Assembly: GCA_977030845.1 (NCBI GenBank)
Contig: OZ365114.1
Span: forward strand, 22,692,001 to 22,756,000
Length of the DNA stretch: 64,000 nt
Direction of reading: 5' to 3'
From: Fimbriosthenelais zetlandica
Taxonomy: Eukaryota
Part shown: positions 1 to 11,506 of the stretch, in pieces
How positions within the stretch are numbered: the first letter of the stretch is position 1
How the letters are laid out: every line of letters starts with the position of its first letter
Notes under the pieces: model-generated
The model's database searches: none
Seen by the model: only the letters and a program-made list of their open reading frames with translations
Told to the model about the DNA's origin: nothing
Program-made: the position numbers and the translations under genes

Positions 1-47
1 TTGTAAACACCAGCCCTGCCTTTGCAACAGGCCAGACTCCATACTTA

Positions 48-830
48 ATGATTCATGGGGTAGAACCTATCCACCCTGTAGAAACAAAACTGATCGATCC
101 TATGGAGGATGAAAGTAATCTTAGACAGGTTTTTGTGGACCTCTTGGAAAAACAAGAGGCCGTAGGTAAGGCAGGCAAGGAAGTTTTAGAAAAAAACCAA
201 CAAGAAATGAAAAAAAGATACGACACTCGAACATACAAACCTGATCTAAGTGCAGGAGATATTGTTTACCTCTACTGGCCACGAATCTCTGGCCCAGGTG
301 TGAAACTGAAACTTGCCAAAATCTACCATGGCCCTATGGTTATCTTCAGGTTCATCACAGACAAGACTGTTGTATTGAAGAGACTACAGGATGGTAAAAT
401 CATGACAAAGCCTGTAACTGTGGATAGATTGAAAAAGGGTTCACTAAGAGAAGTTACCAAAACATGGGCCCCTTTGACTGGTGACTTTGAGGATGCACAA
501 GAGTTGGAAGAAATAGATTTTCCAGATGACAGTTTCCTTCCCCATGAAATGGGAGACAAAGGTACAGAAAAAGAGGAGTTGCCCCAGACTGTACCACCCC
601 AAAGGCCCGAAGCATGTAAATCAAAGTTAGGGAAAGACTTTTTCCCCATCAAGGATATAATAGATATTGCAAAGATCAGTGGTGAAGGGCTACGGTTCAA
701 AGTCAAATTTAAAGATGGAGACATTAAATGGGTCACTGAAAATTCTCTGAACCAAGCAGCAAAAGACAAATATCTAGACAGAGGATTACAGGAAATAAGG
801 GAGGTCCCACATCTATTAAGGAGCATGTAA
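48..830 (+). CDS. Ty3/Gypsy pol C-terminus: integrase C-terminal region with GPY/F motif and chromodomain-like module (the reading frame begins upstream of the window)
   Basis: Uninterrupted 260-aa ORF. It shows the post-core integrase pattern (MKKRYD...GDIVYLY...KLAKIYHGPMVI...TVDRLK), an acidic/Pro linker, then FFPIKDIIDI...LRFKVKFKDGDIKWVTENSL (~639-785), which resembles a chromodomain. A PPT and LTR follow. Confidence 0.9.
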   Translation: MIHGVEPIHPVETKLIDPMEDESNLRQVFVDLLEKQEAVGKAGKEVLEKNQQEMKKRYDTRTYKPDLSAGDIVYLYWPRISGPGVKLKLAKIYHGPMVIFRFITDKTVVLKRLQDGKIMTKPVTVDRLKKGSLREVTKTWAPLTGDFEDAQELEEIDFPDDSFLPHEMGDKGTEKEELPQTVPPQRPEACKSKLGKDFFPIKDIIDIAKISGEGLRFKVKFKDGDIKWVTENSLNQAAKDKYLDRGLQEIREVPHLLRSM

Positions 831-1640
831 ATAACTAGATAGTGTAAAATATTAGTCAGATATGAAGCATAAGATACACCTTATATTGGTATATGATAGT
901 CACAGTATAGTACAGCAAGAAAACCATCCATAAGTGATCTTGCAAAATAAGCCCACCATTGTGGCCGAGCCAAGGCTTGCAAACCCACTATCTGTGGTCA
1001 GGTATTAACCTGCAATTTCAAGTTTCTAAGAATAATATGCTACGGTATATTAAAAAGGAAACAGAAGGTATTATAATTATAAAGGGAAATTACAGAAACA
1101 AGGAGGACAGGATTAGTAAGTTTGGGACAGGAAGATTTTTGTCTGTATTCAGGCCTCCCATAATGACCCACAATATCCTGGTGACCATTAACCATGCTAA
1201 GGTAAAATACAGCCACATATTGCATATTTCTTGATAATAATATTAAAGACTGCATAAACATTATACTCTATTATCATGTACATTTCTTGTGTTAGCTTTA
1301 AGACAGATAAATGTTCTGTACTGTAATTATTTTCCACTGTGGGAAATACGCTATTTTTGTGGATATATATTATTGTCTTGTACTATTGAATTACAGAACA
1401 TTTTGAATTCATTAACTGGTGAAAACGTGAGTGTGTGTTTTTGTCTGGGTGGGCACACATGGAACGTACCCTTATTACATCCAGACACTTTGGTTGAGCT
1501 AGAAACCTTTCTATGCAGGTTCTGATAATGTGATACCTTATGTATATATTGACTTTTTATTTTTCCTTGAACAATCCTTTGATATATTGCATGTACATCT
1601 GTGGAATTATACATAGGTTTCGCCCGGGAGTGCGAAAAGT

Positions 1641-1654
1641 AAAGAGGGAGGGAA
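1641..1654 (+). other. Polypurine tract (PPT)
   Basis: AAAGAGGGAGGGAA lies immediately 5' of TGTTAAT, the inferred LTR start. Confidence 0.85.
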
Positions 1655-2365
1655 TGTTAATGTGGCGACATCTGTGTCATGGTTGGGTTAAGGATGTTTA
1701 ATGGTTAAATACTGATTCTGTGACATTCTTGTTTATTATAAATTACACCTTTGATGTTGAATATCTTAGACGTTTAGGTGCCATGATTATAACATTAATC
1801 TCGATGATAAATAATATCATGTGTAGGGGCTGCCAGCTTTCTTGTGTTTGGTCTAGGCTGACAACTTAAACAATGGCCAGCATTTATGCTAGCTACTGTG
1901 AAAGCTTTGTTTGGTAGTGTGTTCAGGTCAAGTTTATGATGCTGTGTGATTTATGTTAGAATGCTTTATGTCAAGCTGATGATGCTGTGAAAAGCTTAAT
2001 GGGAATGCTTTCTTTTACAACTTACAAGCTGGAGCTGATGGACTATAAAGAGGCCTAGCTCAAGTCTCTCTGGGTCACTTGTTGACTCCCGAATTATTGG
2101 GCAACAACTCCACCACTAACATTCTACTGTCTTCACCTACCATCTATTCTTGGGGGATATTACTGGGAAAGGAATACAGCTAGGATTGTACTCAACTAGG
2201 ATTGTATTTGGACTTTGTGAATTGTATCTTTGGACATCTATTGTATATCATATATATCATATATGTTGGATATTATATAAGGCATAAATAAATAAGTGGC
2301 AAGCCATTAAAGCAAACGATCTCTGGTCGTCTCTAATATACAGAGGTCAGCCCCGTATATTTACA
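1655..2365 (+). repeat. 3' LTR (~711 bp)
   Basis: Starts TGTTAAT right after the PPT and ends ATTTACA (6/7 inverted match). Contains TATAAA at 2044-2049 and AATAAA at 2287-2292. The 5' LTR is outside the window, so the 3' boundary cannot be confirmed by comparison. Confidence 0.72.
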
Positions 2366-4599
2366 CAAGTACTATTAGTCTAAGATTAGCTCTGAAATTT
2401 GACGTGGGACATACAAGCTAGAGGAGTGTCACAGCTAGCATTGTTAAACATATTTCACCTAATCCTACCTATTCATTCCTGCAGCTTCAAGAGATATTGA
2501 ATTCTAGATCCCCTGATCCTTCCAATTTGTCATTCATAGGGGGCAAATCCTGCACGAATCAGTCATGCATTTAAATTTGATTGCCTTATGTTTTGAGTAT
2601 GCGATGAGATTGAGTCCAATGGAAAGAGGAATATGGCTTAAAGTTTGTAGATGGGAATTTAGAGAGGTTTCCAATCTATGCAGCACTGCCTGCAACACTG
2701 TAAGTGACTGTTTGGTTTTCAATACTACACTTATATCCAATGACACTTTTCTCATATGCCATGCATAAGGGTAGATCATTTTCTGAGGCATGTTTTTCAG
2801 AGCTAGAAGAACATTTTCTATGAAGCTGAGGTCGCTGGAGCATGGAACCAGGCTACGTGCATGGAGCTGCAGTATCATTATACAGAACAAAGACACATGT
2901 ACACAGAGACTTCACCAAAGAAGAAGAAAGAACAGACAGCCTAAGAAATGAGCCACTGTCACAATATGAAGTTGCAACACTCAATACACCCGTGGCAACT
3001 TCTAACATGATCTACGGCTTAACTGGATTGCTGCCGAATGATTAACAGTCTCAACGTGCACTGTGTCCTGCCCGTCTGTTCAATCATTGCTTCTTGTATG
3101 AATTTAAGACTTGGCCCAGTAGCAGAGAGTGGGAGAGAGTCAGAGGGAGAGAGGAGAGAGAAGACTCTCCTTGGTCCAAAAAAGTAACTGAATATTGATT
3201 ACTTTCAAAGCTTAAGCAGATCTATTGCTTCCATCAATCATTTAGCTTTTGAAGCAAGTTTTGTAATGTAACTTCATAAAGGACATGTCTGTGATTATTT
3301 CAAGCAGCCGTATTTCCCATCTTTCCTCCTCAGAGCGTTTTCAGCAAGTTGCCTCTCATCTGATGATCATGAAGATTTGTTTTTCTTTAGCTGGTAATAA
3401 GCCGTTGGAATTTTCTACCAGGGAGTAATGGGGTATTTACGGTGTGGCTTTTTTCATCAAGTACTTTCTATCAACTGTCCTTGTGGGGTGTTTTGCCTTC
3501 ACATTATTCATGCCTTGATTACTTTACCTTTTCAGTATTTTTTCCTTAACACAAGAAAAGATGTGGTTTTGATGATAGATCTCCATAACCAGAAGGAAAG
3601 ATGAATACAAATTCCCAATGAAGGTGCTTGGGAACAAGCGAACATGGCGAAAGTTTCAGAGTACTGACAGTCGCTTTGAAAGCTTATTTGAAAGTGTTTC
3701 CCATACAAGCATAACACTCCCACCCCCTCTCCTATTATAGTCTGAGACCACAAAGCTGAGCACTGCATGGTGGAAGAACAGACGTATATATACGTGCGTA
3801 TAATTCACATCTCGCTGTATTTGGTATGTACATTTTACTATATTCTGCCGGAGTTGGTTATAGATGAAAGTCCTGCAGGGCAGGTGTTCTTGCCGTGTGC
3901 ACAGTTGCACAGACTGACCCACCGAGATCAGAATCCTATAAATAGGAGCCCTGCTTGTCAGAGACCATGAAAAGGAAAGGTCACAATGTCTAGGGTCCGA
4001 AAAGGCTGGTCTGGCATGTACTACCTATGTCTATTCAAACAATCTGGGCCCGACCCCGGGCTTTGGGAGGAGAACATGCTATTTTTTTTAAAATTTATTT
4101 ATTTATTTTTTTTTTTGGGGGGGGATGGGTTTCTGACCTTTGCTTTCGAACAAAAAACAAAGAACTGAATTGTTTTGGCCTAGTTTTGTGAAAGTAATGA
4201 TGTGCTTTCCCTGTACCAATCCCTTCATCAATTTCTTACGATAAAGATAATTTCAAAAAATGATGTCTGCCCATCTCTGATGCTGCAGGGTCAATATCTG
4301 AAGGCAAAGTGTGCATCAATCATCTGTGAGTGTTAATTAGTGGGTCACCATGCAAGGCCTAGGCAGGAGAATGACCAAGCTGCTAATTACACTACTACCA
4401 GCTTGCTGCCATCTCCTACTGACTAATGGATCATTCCAGACATAAGGAAAGCTGAGGAAGGAAAGGGGGCAGAACATAGCTCCGAGATGGTCTGGATCGG
4501 AGATTAACTGCATGCATGTAATAGCTGAGAGCTTTGGTTTCTGATGGGGATTTTGTCGAGGTTCCGCGTGAAGATATCAGCTTTGAATGTCAGGCCTTT

Positions 4600-5150
4600 C
4601 TCTCTTGAAATTGGATAGCAAATATCATGAGCGTTCCGTTCTAATAATTAAACTTTATATTCATCACCAAGAATGCAGGTTACATTAAATTGCAGAATAT
4701 GTTGTTCGCGTCTCCAATTAGCAAAAAGCAGCAGCATCATATTGTGGTGAATTATACAGTGTCATCTGAAGTTGTGGTAATGTCAGGGGAATTTGACAGG
4801 CATTAGATGATGGGACAGATTGAATGTCCCGGATATTGCTTCCTCTAAAGTCTCTCATCCCTCCAGCAAGTTGTGGTAAATCTTGCTTGTGCTGGGTCTA
4901 AGATGCTGCTGGGGAACAGTGAGTAATGAGGAATAGGTTGGGGTTGGCATATGCCCAATGGTAATGTACAGAATGTAGGCCTCATCTTAACTCACCAGCT
5001 CTGCTGAGGCATAGCATCATTTGTTTTAATTATTTGTCAGAAATCAATTGATATTCAATGACAAGTTCTTCACATCTCCACTTGCTTTGATGTCACCAGG
5101 GAAATGTGAGTTTAATTTAGGAATTATACTCATTTGTATTTCAATGATCT
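4600..5150 (-). mobile_element. Decayed non-LTR retrotransposon (CR1/L2-like) RT fragment
   Basis: The minus strand reads VPQ-SILDP (cf. GVPQGSILGP) followed by TSDDTV*F (cf. YADDTVIF), with frameshifts and stops. Boundaries are approximate. Confidence 0.45.
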
Positions 5151-6569
5151 GTTTTTCATGAGAAAATTAATCTGAATGAGCATAGATTTAATAATCCTGA
5201 GTAGGGATTTAGTAGCCGGCTTGATAATATCAGACTTTAAGTATTGTTGATGATGCAATTAAAATAGCATCTATCTTTCTATAGATGTGCAAGAGAAACT
5301 CTTCTTACTCGCATTTTTCTCAGCTTTCTCTCTCTCTCTGCCTCTGTGTTTCTTCCTCTCCCTCTCCCGAGCAGCCCACAATATAATAGATGTACATGTT
5401 GATAGATAATCTCATCTTTAATATGAAATGATTAGATATCACAGTAAGAGGTGGAGATTATACATCTAACTTAATCTGAAGCTTCTCTAGTCCTTTTGTT
5501 CCAGTGACATCTAGCTGATTGTTTAAGAGCACTTTTTCGAGTCCCAATAAGAATGAATCAGGGAAAGCCCTTGAGCAAAATTCTACTCATCTATTATTTA
5601 GTCATAAACATTGTGTATGTCCCCGTCCAAGAACGTATGGGAGGCCAGTCTTTTGTTTCTACATGACAAAATATGAAATTGTTTGTCGGGGAATCTCTAT
5701 CTGTACATAATGCTATTTGGAAAACTACTTTCATAGGAACCCACTTGTGAGCGGGTGGATGATTCTGAACCTTTACTTTCCGCCATATTGATGGACGGTG
5801 GGCATCCAGGCAGCTAGAAATGCAATAAATCCTTTTAATTATAATCAGGCACCCATACTTGTTCCAGACAGTCAAGGATGCTCTAGGCTCCTGCCTCAAT
5901 TACTCTGGAACATTAATTATAAACAAATTGTGTGGAGCGGGACAATCTGGGGTGACTCCATTTTATCTGCACTAAATATTCATAACTGCCTTCATTATTG
6001 CAAATTGCGGCTCTAGCACAGAGATTTTCATTGGTAGTAGCTTTATGTTAAATTGTCACCAGCTGGGAGCCTTTGGAAAGGAAGGAATAGAAAAATAGAA
6101 TAGATCTGCATGCATAAATAGTATGGATTGCATTCTAGGCATGAAGTCTGCCTCTGTTATCGATTTGTATTTAATGAGAAGAGGCAGAAGACTTTGTAGC
6201 CATTGGTTAAAAAAAACTAAAGTTTAAAAGTATTTTTGTTCAAAATATTATAAAGTTCAATGCAATGGTTTCTTTGCAAAAACATTCCGATGGATGCATT
6301 GTGGAATATGAAGGAAATAGTAAAAATGGTACTATAAATCAGTGCCATCCTCACCATTGAAAATGAACGTTTTAAAGGATGAAGGAGAAGATAAGCCTTG
6401 TTAATTGAGCCGCTCACCACAATGTGAATCACATGTAGGCATTCATATCTTATGTTACACAGTCGATGTAACAAAACACCACAACTTTAACACACAAAGG
6501 AATGTTATTTTGGCAGGCTCAGCTTGTCATCACAAACAAATCATCACTATAGGCGTATACCTAACACTG

Positions 6570-6610
6570 TGGATATTCAGTATTCCTCATTGAGGAATAC
6601 TGAATATCCA
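6570..6610. repeat. Perfect palindrome, 20-bp arms with 1-nt spacer
   Basis: TGGATATTCAGTATTCCTCA-T-TGAGGAATACTGAATATCCA. Confidence 0.95.
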
Positions 6611-7752
6611 TTATAGCCTTATACATGTGCTGAGAACTTAATCTACTGTGTACCACACATTTCAAAACCTCTGCTTTCAGACTTAATTCAGGCTAAACGA
6701 GAATTCCATTCTCGTGGCTTATCTTTCCAGGGATGCACTTGAATTTCTTTATGCTTCAATAGCACTGACATGAGCTTTCTATAGTGATGGGCATAACGAG
6801 GAAGGCATTTCAGTCTGACCCTGAGTACCAGTTTTACCCTCTTATTTCCAGTGATTCTTTTCAAAGGAAGTTGATTGCTACTGACATCCGCAACATCAGG
6901 GGGATTTCACCGTGCTCACCCTGCTGTCGAGGCGAATTATCGATATAAGAATAATTTGATTGGCACATATTCTCAACCAATCAGGGGGAAGGCAATCTCA
7001 AAGGTGATGAATGATACATTTGGTGGAAACACTGATAACCGGGTCACTCCCTGTCTGAGTGAGTAGTGACAAATACAATTTGTCACAAATTCACAGTCTC
7101 CGGCCTTCACAAGCCTTCTAAGGCTGGGTCTTGTATTCCGTAGAGTACTTGCCAAGAAGGTAAAGGGGGCAAAAAGATCTCAGAGGAGACCTTTATCACA
7201 TGCTGGGCTTACTAATAGCAAGCTTACATAGATATAATGTGTTCTACTGCCTCTCGGGATAGGAAACAAGGCCATACATCCATACATCAATTCATCTATT
7301 ATGCAACTCTCCATGAGCATGGCATAAATACTTTGAAATACCTTGAAATACAAAGATATAATCAAGATTGGGTTAAAATATGTAGGCGTATAGAGTCGGT
7401 AGCAGATTTTAGATTATTGAAATGACATGAGGGTATCGTGGCGATTTGCATTATTTGGGATAGGTCATGAATTCATAGTGTCAGTAATGAATGGGTCCTG
7501 GACATACATATGAATCTGGCCCTCACCCATGGCCCTCTACACACCTTCACTCAGATCATTCCACCAAGAGACCTAAATGTGAATATAAGGCCTTATCACC
7601 GCCAATCACTCCCATCCTCCCCTGTGACAGGCACATACATATAAAAACCTACTCGATATGAATCTCAAGGGCACTTTTGCCCTCGTCAAGAGATGAAAAA
7701 AGCTGTAAAAGAAGCTATAGCATCAGAAATGCCATGAATAAGTTAACAAGTC

Positions 7753-8038
7753 TTAATAATGGTCGAAAAACGTGGGAAACGTTCTGAAGGGCTTTGGTGT
7801 TGGTAGCCAATTACTCTTGTTGGGAGGTGGTTGACCTTGTGGGTCAGGCTGAGAGGCTGGGTTGATTGATGGAAGAGCAGGAGTAGGCAGGATCATCCCT
7901 GATCTTAAGACCCTACAGGCAGGACTAGAGAGGGTGGACGGGAGGCCTGGGTCCAGGTCAGCAGACCTAAGGCAGTGACAGTACATACTTCCCTGCCTAT
8001 AGCTGGTCACTTTGGGTGTGGGTGGGACAACTAGCCTC
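7753..8038 (-). CDS. Candidate terminal coding exon of the minus-strand micro-exon gene
   Basis: Open frame RLVVPPTPKVTSYRQGSMYCHCLRSADLDPGLP...KPFRTFPTFFDHY* with a pyrimidine-rich tract upstream. Possible acceptors are 8038 (phase 2) or 8030 (phase 1). The junction to upstream exons is unresolved. Confidence 0.4.
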
Positions 8039-9849
8039 CTTCAAATATGATTGGACAGAGGGTTCAGACAAAATAGAGACAATGAGATACCAGATTAGAT
8101 CTGTTTGTCTGTGATATCACAGATGCGAATGATAAGTAATATCACTTTAGAAAGTGTTTTTGGTTATTGGGTCAAAGCATCTAACCAAAATGTTACATTA
8201 ATAAAAGAGAAAGAGGTCAAACATTAATTAAAATCAAAACAGAAGTCTAGCAATTCTTGTTTCTAGACTATCATTCATCCTTTGTGAATCTTTTATGAGT
8301 TCATAATATAAAAGGATCGCAGAACGGTGTAATTTTATGGGAGGAGGCAGTGAGGGTGATATGAAATATCACTGACAGGAAATGACAGGCTATAAGATCA
8401 TCTTTTTCACAGACACTTCTAATTAAGTAGATCATTGCAGGTTGGAATAGCTGGCAGCACAGCTGTATGAGACTCATATAATGCTCTAAGGTACAAACCT
8501 CTGACTAATTAGACGTCTGATGAATGACTTCTGTCTGCTCGTCTTAGGAACCTACTTTACAACGAGTTAGAAATGCAGATTGTTTAATGTCCGCGTCTAT
8601 GCATGGAAGCTCGCAATGACTCAGAATTGTCTGTGGGTGTCCCAGAAGAGACAGAACCCGAGTAAGATCTTTTACGGCGTGAACTCTTGATTTATGAAGG
8701 CAATTAGGGCTGCTCTTTTGTATAATTTGCTATAACAATTATAGGAATTGTTGTGATTAAGGGAGACTTTTCTAGATAAAAGGCTGATGAGACCTAAATA
8801 TATGACTGATAATTGACTTTCAGTTTCAGCACCAATCAAGTGAACAAAAGAAAATGAACAGTATCCTTGCTTTTAACGATCTTTTGTACGTGACAATCAC
8901 TAAGGATACATGTGTAACAATTGCGTATATTTCGCCAACTTAATACCACTGAATAGGACGATGGATAGCCCCGCAAAACCTCCATTGAAAGGGCAGTCAT
9001 GCAGCAGCAATTAACTGGCGTATATTTGATTCTTCATGCCTAAGGCTTCACTCGGTAGCAAACATAGTCAATTAAACATTTTTATTTAAAGATGGAGACT
9101 TCAAGGCATGTCGTGTCATTTTTCATTAGATACTAGCTTTGATTATTTCAAATGATACTGCCATTGGGCCTTTGCAACCTAATTAAAACATTTTCTTCAA
9201 AACTTTAATTTGGAAATTAGTATCCATCATTGCTACACATTTCTAAATGACAGTGTGAAAAACATGACATATTATCTTGTAAAGACAGCCAGAGCCTGAC
9301 GACGGCCTCCTTCATGACTTCTAACTTCAACGTCAAAACATTTTGAGGAGACTATGGGGTTGGATTACAATTACCAGACATCATATCTTTAAAAGAATAG
9401 CGTTTTGAAGCAGTTTAATTAATTTTCCTATAGAGCATAATTCCATTTTCAATTCCACCTTTAATTAAGGGCCCCAAGAAAGTAAACTTCCCCGTTTTAA
9501 ACTCCATACATTTACATATTCTAAATTCATTTTTTAAAGTGGGAACTGAGAGAAATATTGAAATGAGGTAAACAAATTTAAGGTCCCAAACATCCGTGCA
9601 TAAATTAATATCTTGCATTAGTGTAAAGGTCGTCATCATAAATGATGATTATTGATGGACAAATTCCAGATCTATCTCTGCCATGTTTTCATGTCTTTCT
9701 TTTTTCTGTCCTTCTTCAAACACTAATGAAGGTCACAAAAAGTGAAATGCCAGCTAGGGCATTTTGAAAGGGCAACCTGAAAAGCTCAGAGGAGGTGACA
9801 AACAGTCCTTCTAACCACGACAGTCACACCCCGAATACATGGATCTTAC

Positions 9850-9881
9850 CAACAATCAAGGTGCCTCTCTGTCTACTGGAG
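9850..9881 (-). CDS. Micro-exon (32 nt, phase 2->1) SSRQRGTLIV
   Basis: Very strong acceptor ctttttttctgtgttcttctcAG and donor GTAAGA. Only one frame is open. Confidence 0.6.
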
Positions 9882-10622
9882 CTGAGAAGAACACAGAAAA
9901 AAAGAAAGAAAAAAGCTATCCTCAACAGCCGGGTGGTCAATGTGAGGTCATGTTCGACACACATATTACATCCGGTCCAATTATCGGGTTGCTGATAGGG
10001 TAGGCCGTATGGACAAGTGGAGCCGTGTCAGAAGGGATTACACTATCATGAATCAAATAGATAGGATTAGTTTCACCGAGAAGTTTGACCAAATAAATAC
10101 ACAGATAAATCTACAAATAATTAATCAACCGGAAGTATACATCTTAGATGCAACAATACATTAGTGAGAGTAAAAAAGAGAAACAGGAGACCGATGGAAA
10201 ACCTGATGGGCACATATCTCCACGCACAACCTAGCTTTCTGTTTTTTCTCCATTTCAGTTTCCACAAATTTGTCTTGTGGAGTAGAATTTGCACCTGAGA
10301 GACCTGAAAGGTCACATTTCACACATCCCTGGCACGGACAACAGGGACTGCAGTAAAGCCGCTTTTAACAGCTTATGTAAAGTGTACAGTCAAGTATGTG
10401 TCGTGTCAGCCTGGCCTGACAGCTAAATGGAGATTCAGGATTTACTCTTTCTCATGAGATGTAGGGGCATTAGATCACCCTCTGCTTTTCTCCCATTTAC
10501 CCACTTAGATCATGATGTTCTGACATCAGTTTTCTTTTAGGACCAGAAGGTGTGGTTCAGGGGATAATACGGCCTCGTAATACTATACAGTTACAGCTTT
10601 TAGATGCAGATCCACATGGCCT

Positions 10623-10630
10623 TATATAAA
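10623..10630 (+). promoter_or_regulatory. Candidate TATA box of the sulfotransferase gene
   Basis: TATATAAA ~235 nt upstream of the ATG. A competing splice acceptor (ttacttcAG at 10666) is equally possible. Confidence 0.2.
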
Positions 10631-10681
10631 TGCATCAAACATGAACTGTCCCCTTTATTACTTCAGAATTATGTAACCTAT

Positions 10682-10731
10682 ATAACTCCTGTAGTGTAAA
10701 AAAGTATACTTTTTTACACTACAGGAGTTAT
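10682..10731. repeat. Perfect 50-bp palindrome centred on GTATAC
   Basis: ATAACTCCTGTAGTGTAAAAAAGTA|TACTTTTTTACACTACAGGAGTTAT. Confidence 0.95.
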
Positions 10732-10790
10732 TCATCCAAGCATTACTTTCTCATATCGTATACGATATGAGAAAGTAATGCTTAGATGAA
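10731..10790. repeat. 60-bp palindrome (1 mismatch) centred on GTATAC, abutting the previous one
   Basis: TTCATCCAAGCATTACTTTCTCATATCGTA|TACGATATGAGAAAGTAATGCTTAGATGAA. Confidence 0.95.
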
Positions 10791-10861
10791 TCTACCACAC
10801 CATGAACAGAATTCACTGACAAAGATCTTATCATAATACTTTATATGTTCAATCAACAACT

Positions 10862-11165
10862 ATGGGGAAGACTGCATCGAGAGGCTGCAAACGTCAGTGT
10901 TTTTATCTCATGGCATTTCTACTTGTTACGTTTACTTTGGTGTGGATCATGGATTACACAGATACAATATATAACCTCATTCCCAGCTTAAAAGGAAGGG
11001 TTGATGCGTTAGATACATATACTACACAAACCACGGAACGAGAGAACATTTCAAATACTGAGCAACGAAGAAACTTCAGGAAGAAGTCGAGTCGTGGAAA
11101 GGATCAAGAGTTCAAGAAACGCTACCCTCAAGCTTTCCTTCTTGGCGAACACAGATGTGGCACGG
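10862..11165 (+). CDS. HS3ST-family (heparan sulfate 3-O-sulfotransferase-like) protein, coding exon 1
   Basis: Short basic tail, TM helix (CFYLMAFLLVTFTLVWIM), stem, then YPQAFLLGEHRCGT (5'-PSB loop). Donor G|GTAATC at 11166, phase 1. Confidence 0.9.
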
Positions 11166-11506
11166 GTAATCAATTTAGGCCTATGCAATACCATTATTGA
11201 AGATTTTGTGAACTGTGGCTAGAATATATTTCTAGCCACAACAGTCGCATGAGGCAGCAAATGTAACTGGGCCGCATTGTACCAAGCCAACGAGGCCCGA
11301 CGAAATTTTAGCATTTTAATATAAGTTGTCGCATGAGTTACCTCAATAATAGCATTATATTACATTTTCATGCTAAGCCAATGATTGTAGACAGGTGCAT
11401 GGGGCAATCCCTCGCCATCGACGTTTTTCTTGTACAACAGGGGGTTAGTGTCAAGATAGACAGAGCGTAGTGTTCTGGTAATCAAAGTAAAATCTTTTTT
11501 TTCCAG

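Larger units (their letters stand above)
1..2365 (+). mobile_element. 3' portion of a Ty3/Gypsy LTR retrotransposon
   Basis: Integrase ORF, ~800-nt non-coding spacer, polypurine tract and a TG...CA-bounded LTR occur in canonical order. Confidence 0.88.

Noticed and set aside
323-826. 167-aa minus-strand ORF
   Set aside because: Antisense shadow of the integrase ORF.
1970-2015. Hammerhead-ribozyme-like CTGATGA-N6-GAAA in the LTR (retrozyme idea)
   Set aside because: The six nucleotides between the cores (TGCTGT) form no helix II, and helices I and III are only about 3-4 bp.
2534-2896. 120-aa minus-strand ORF with a possible acceptor near 2866
   Set aside because: No recognisable motif and no phase link to the exon chain. 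It cannot be excluded as a downstream exon.
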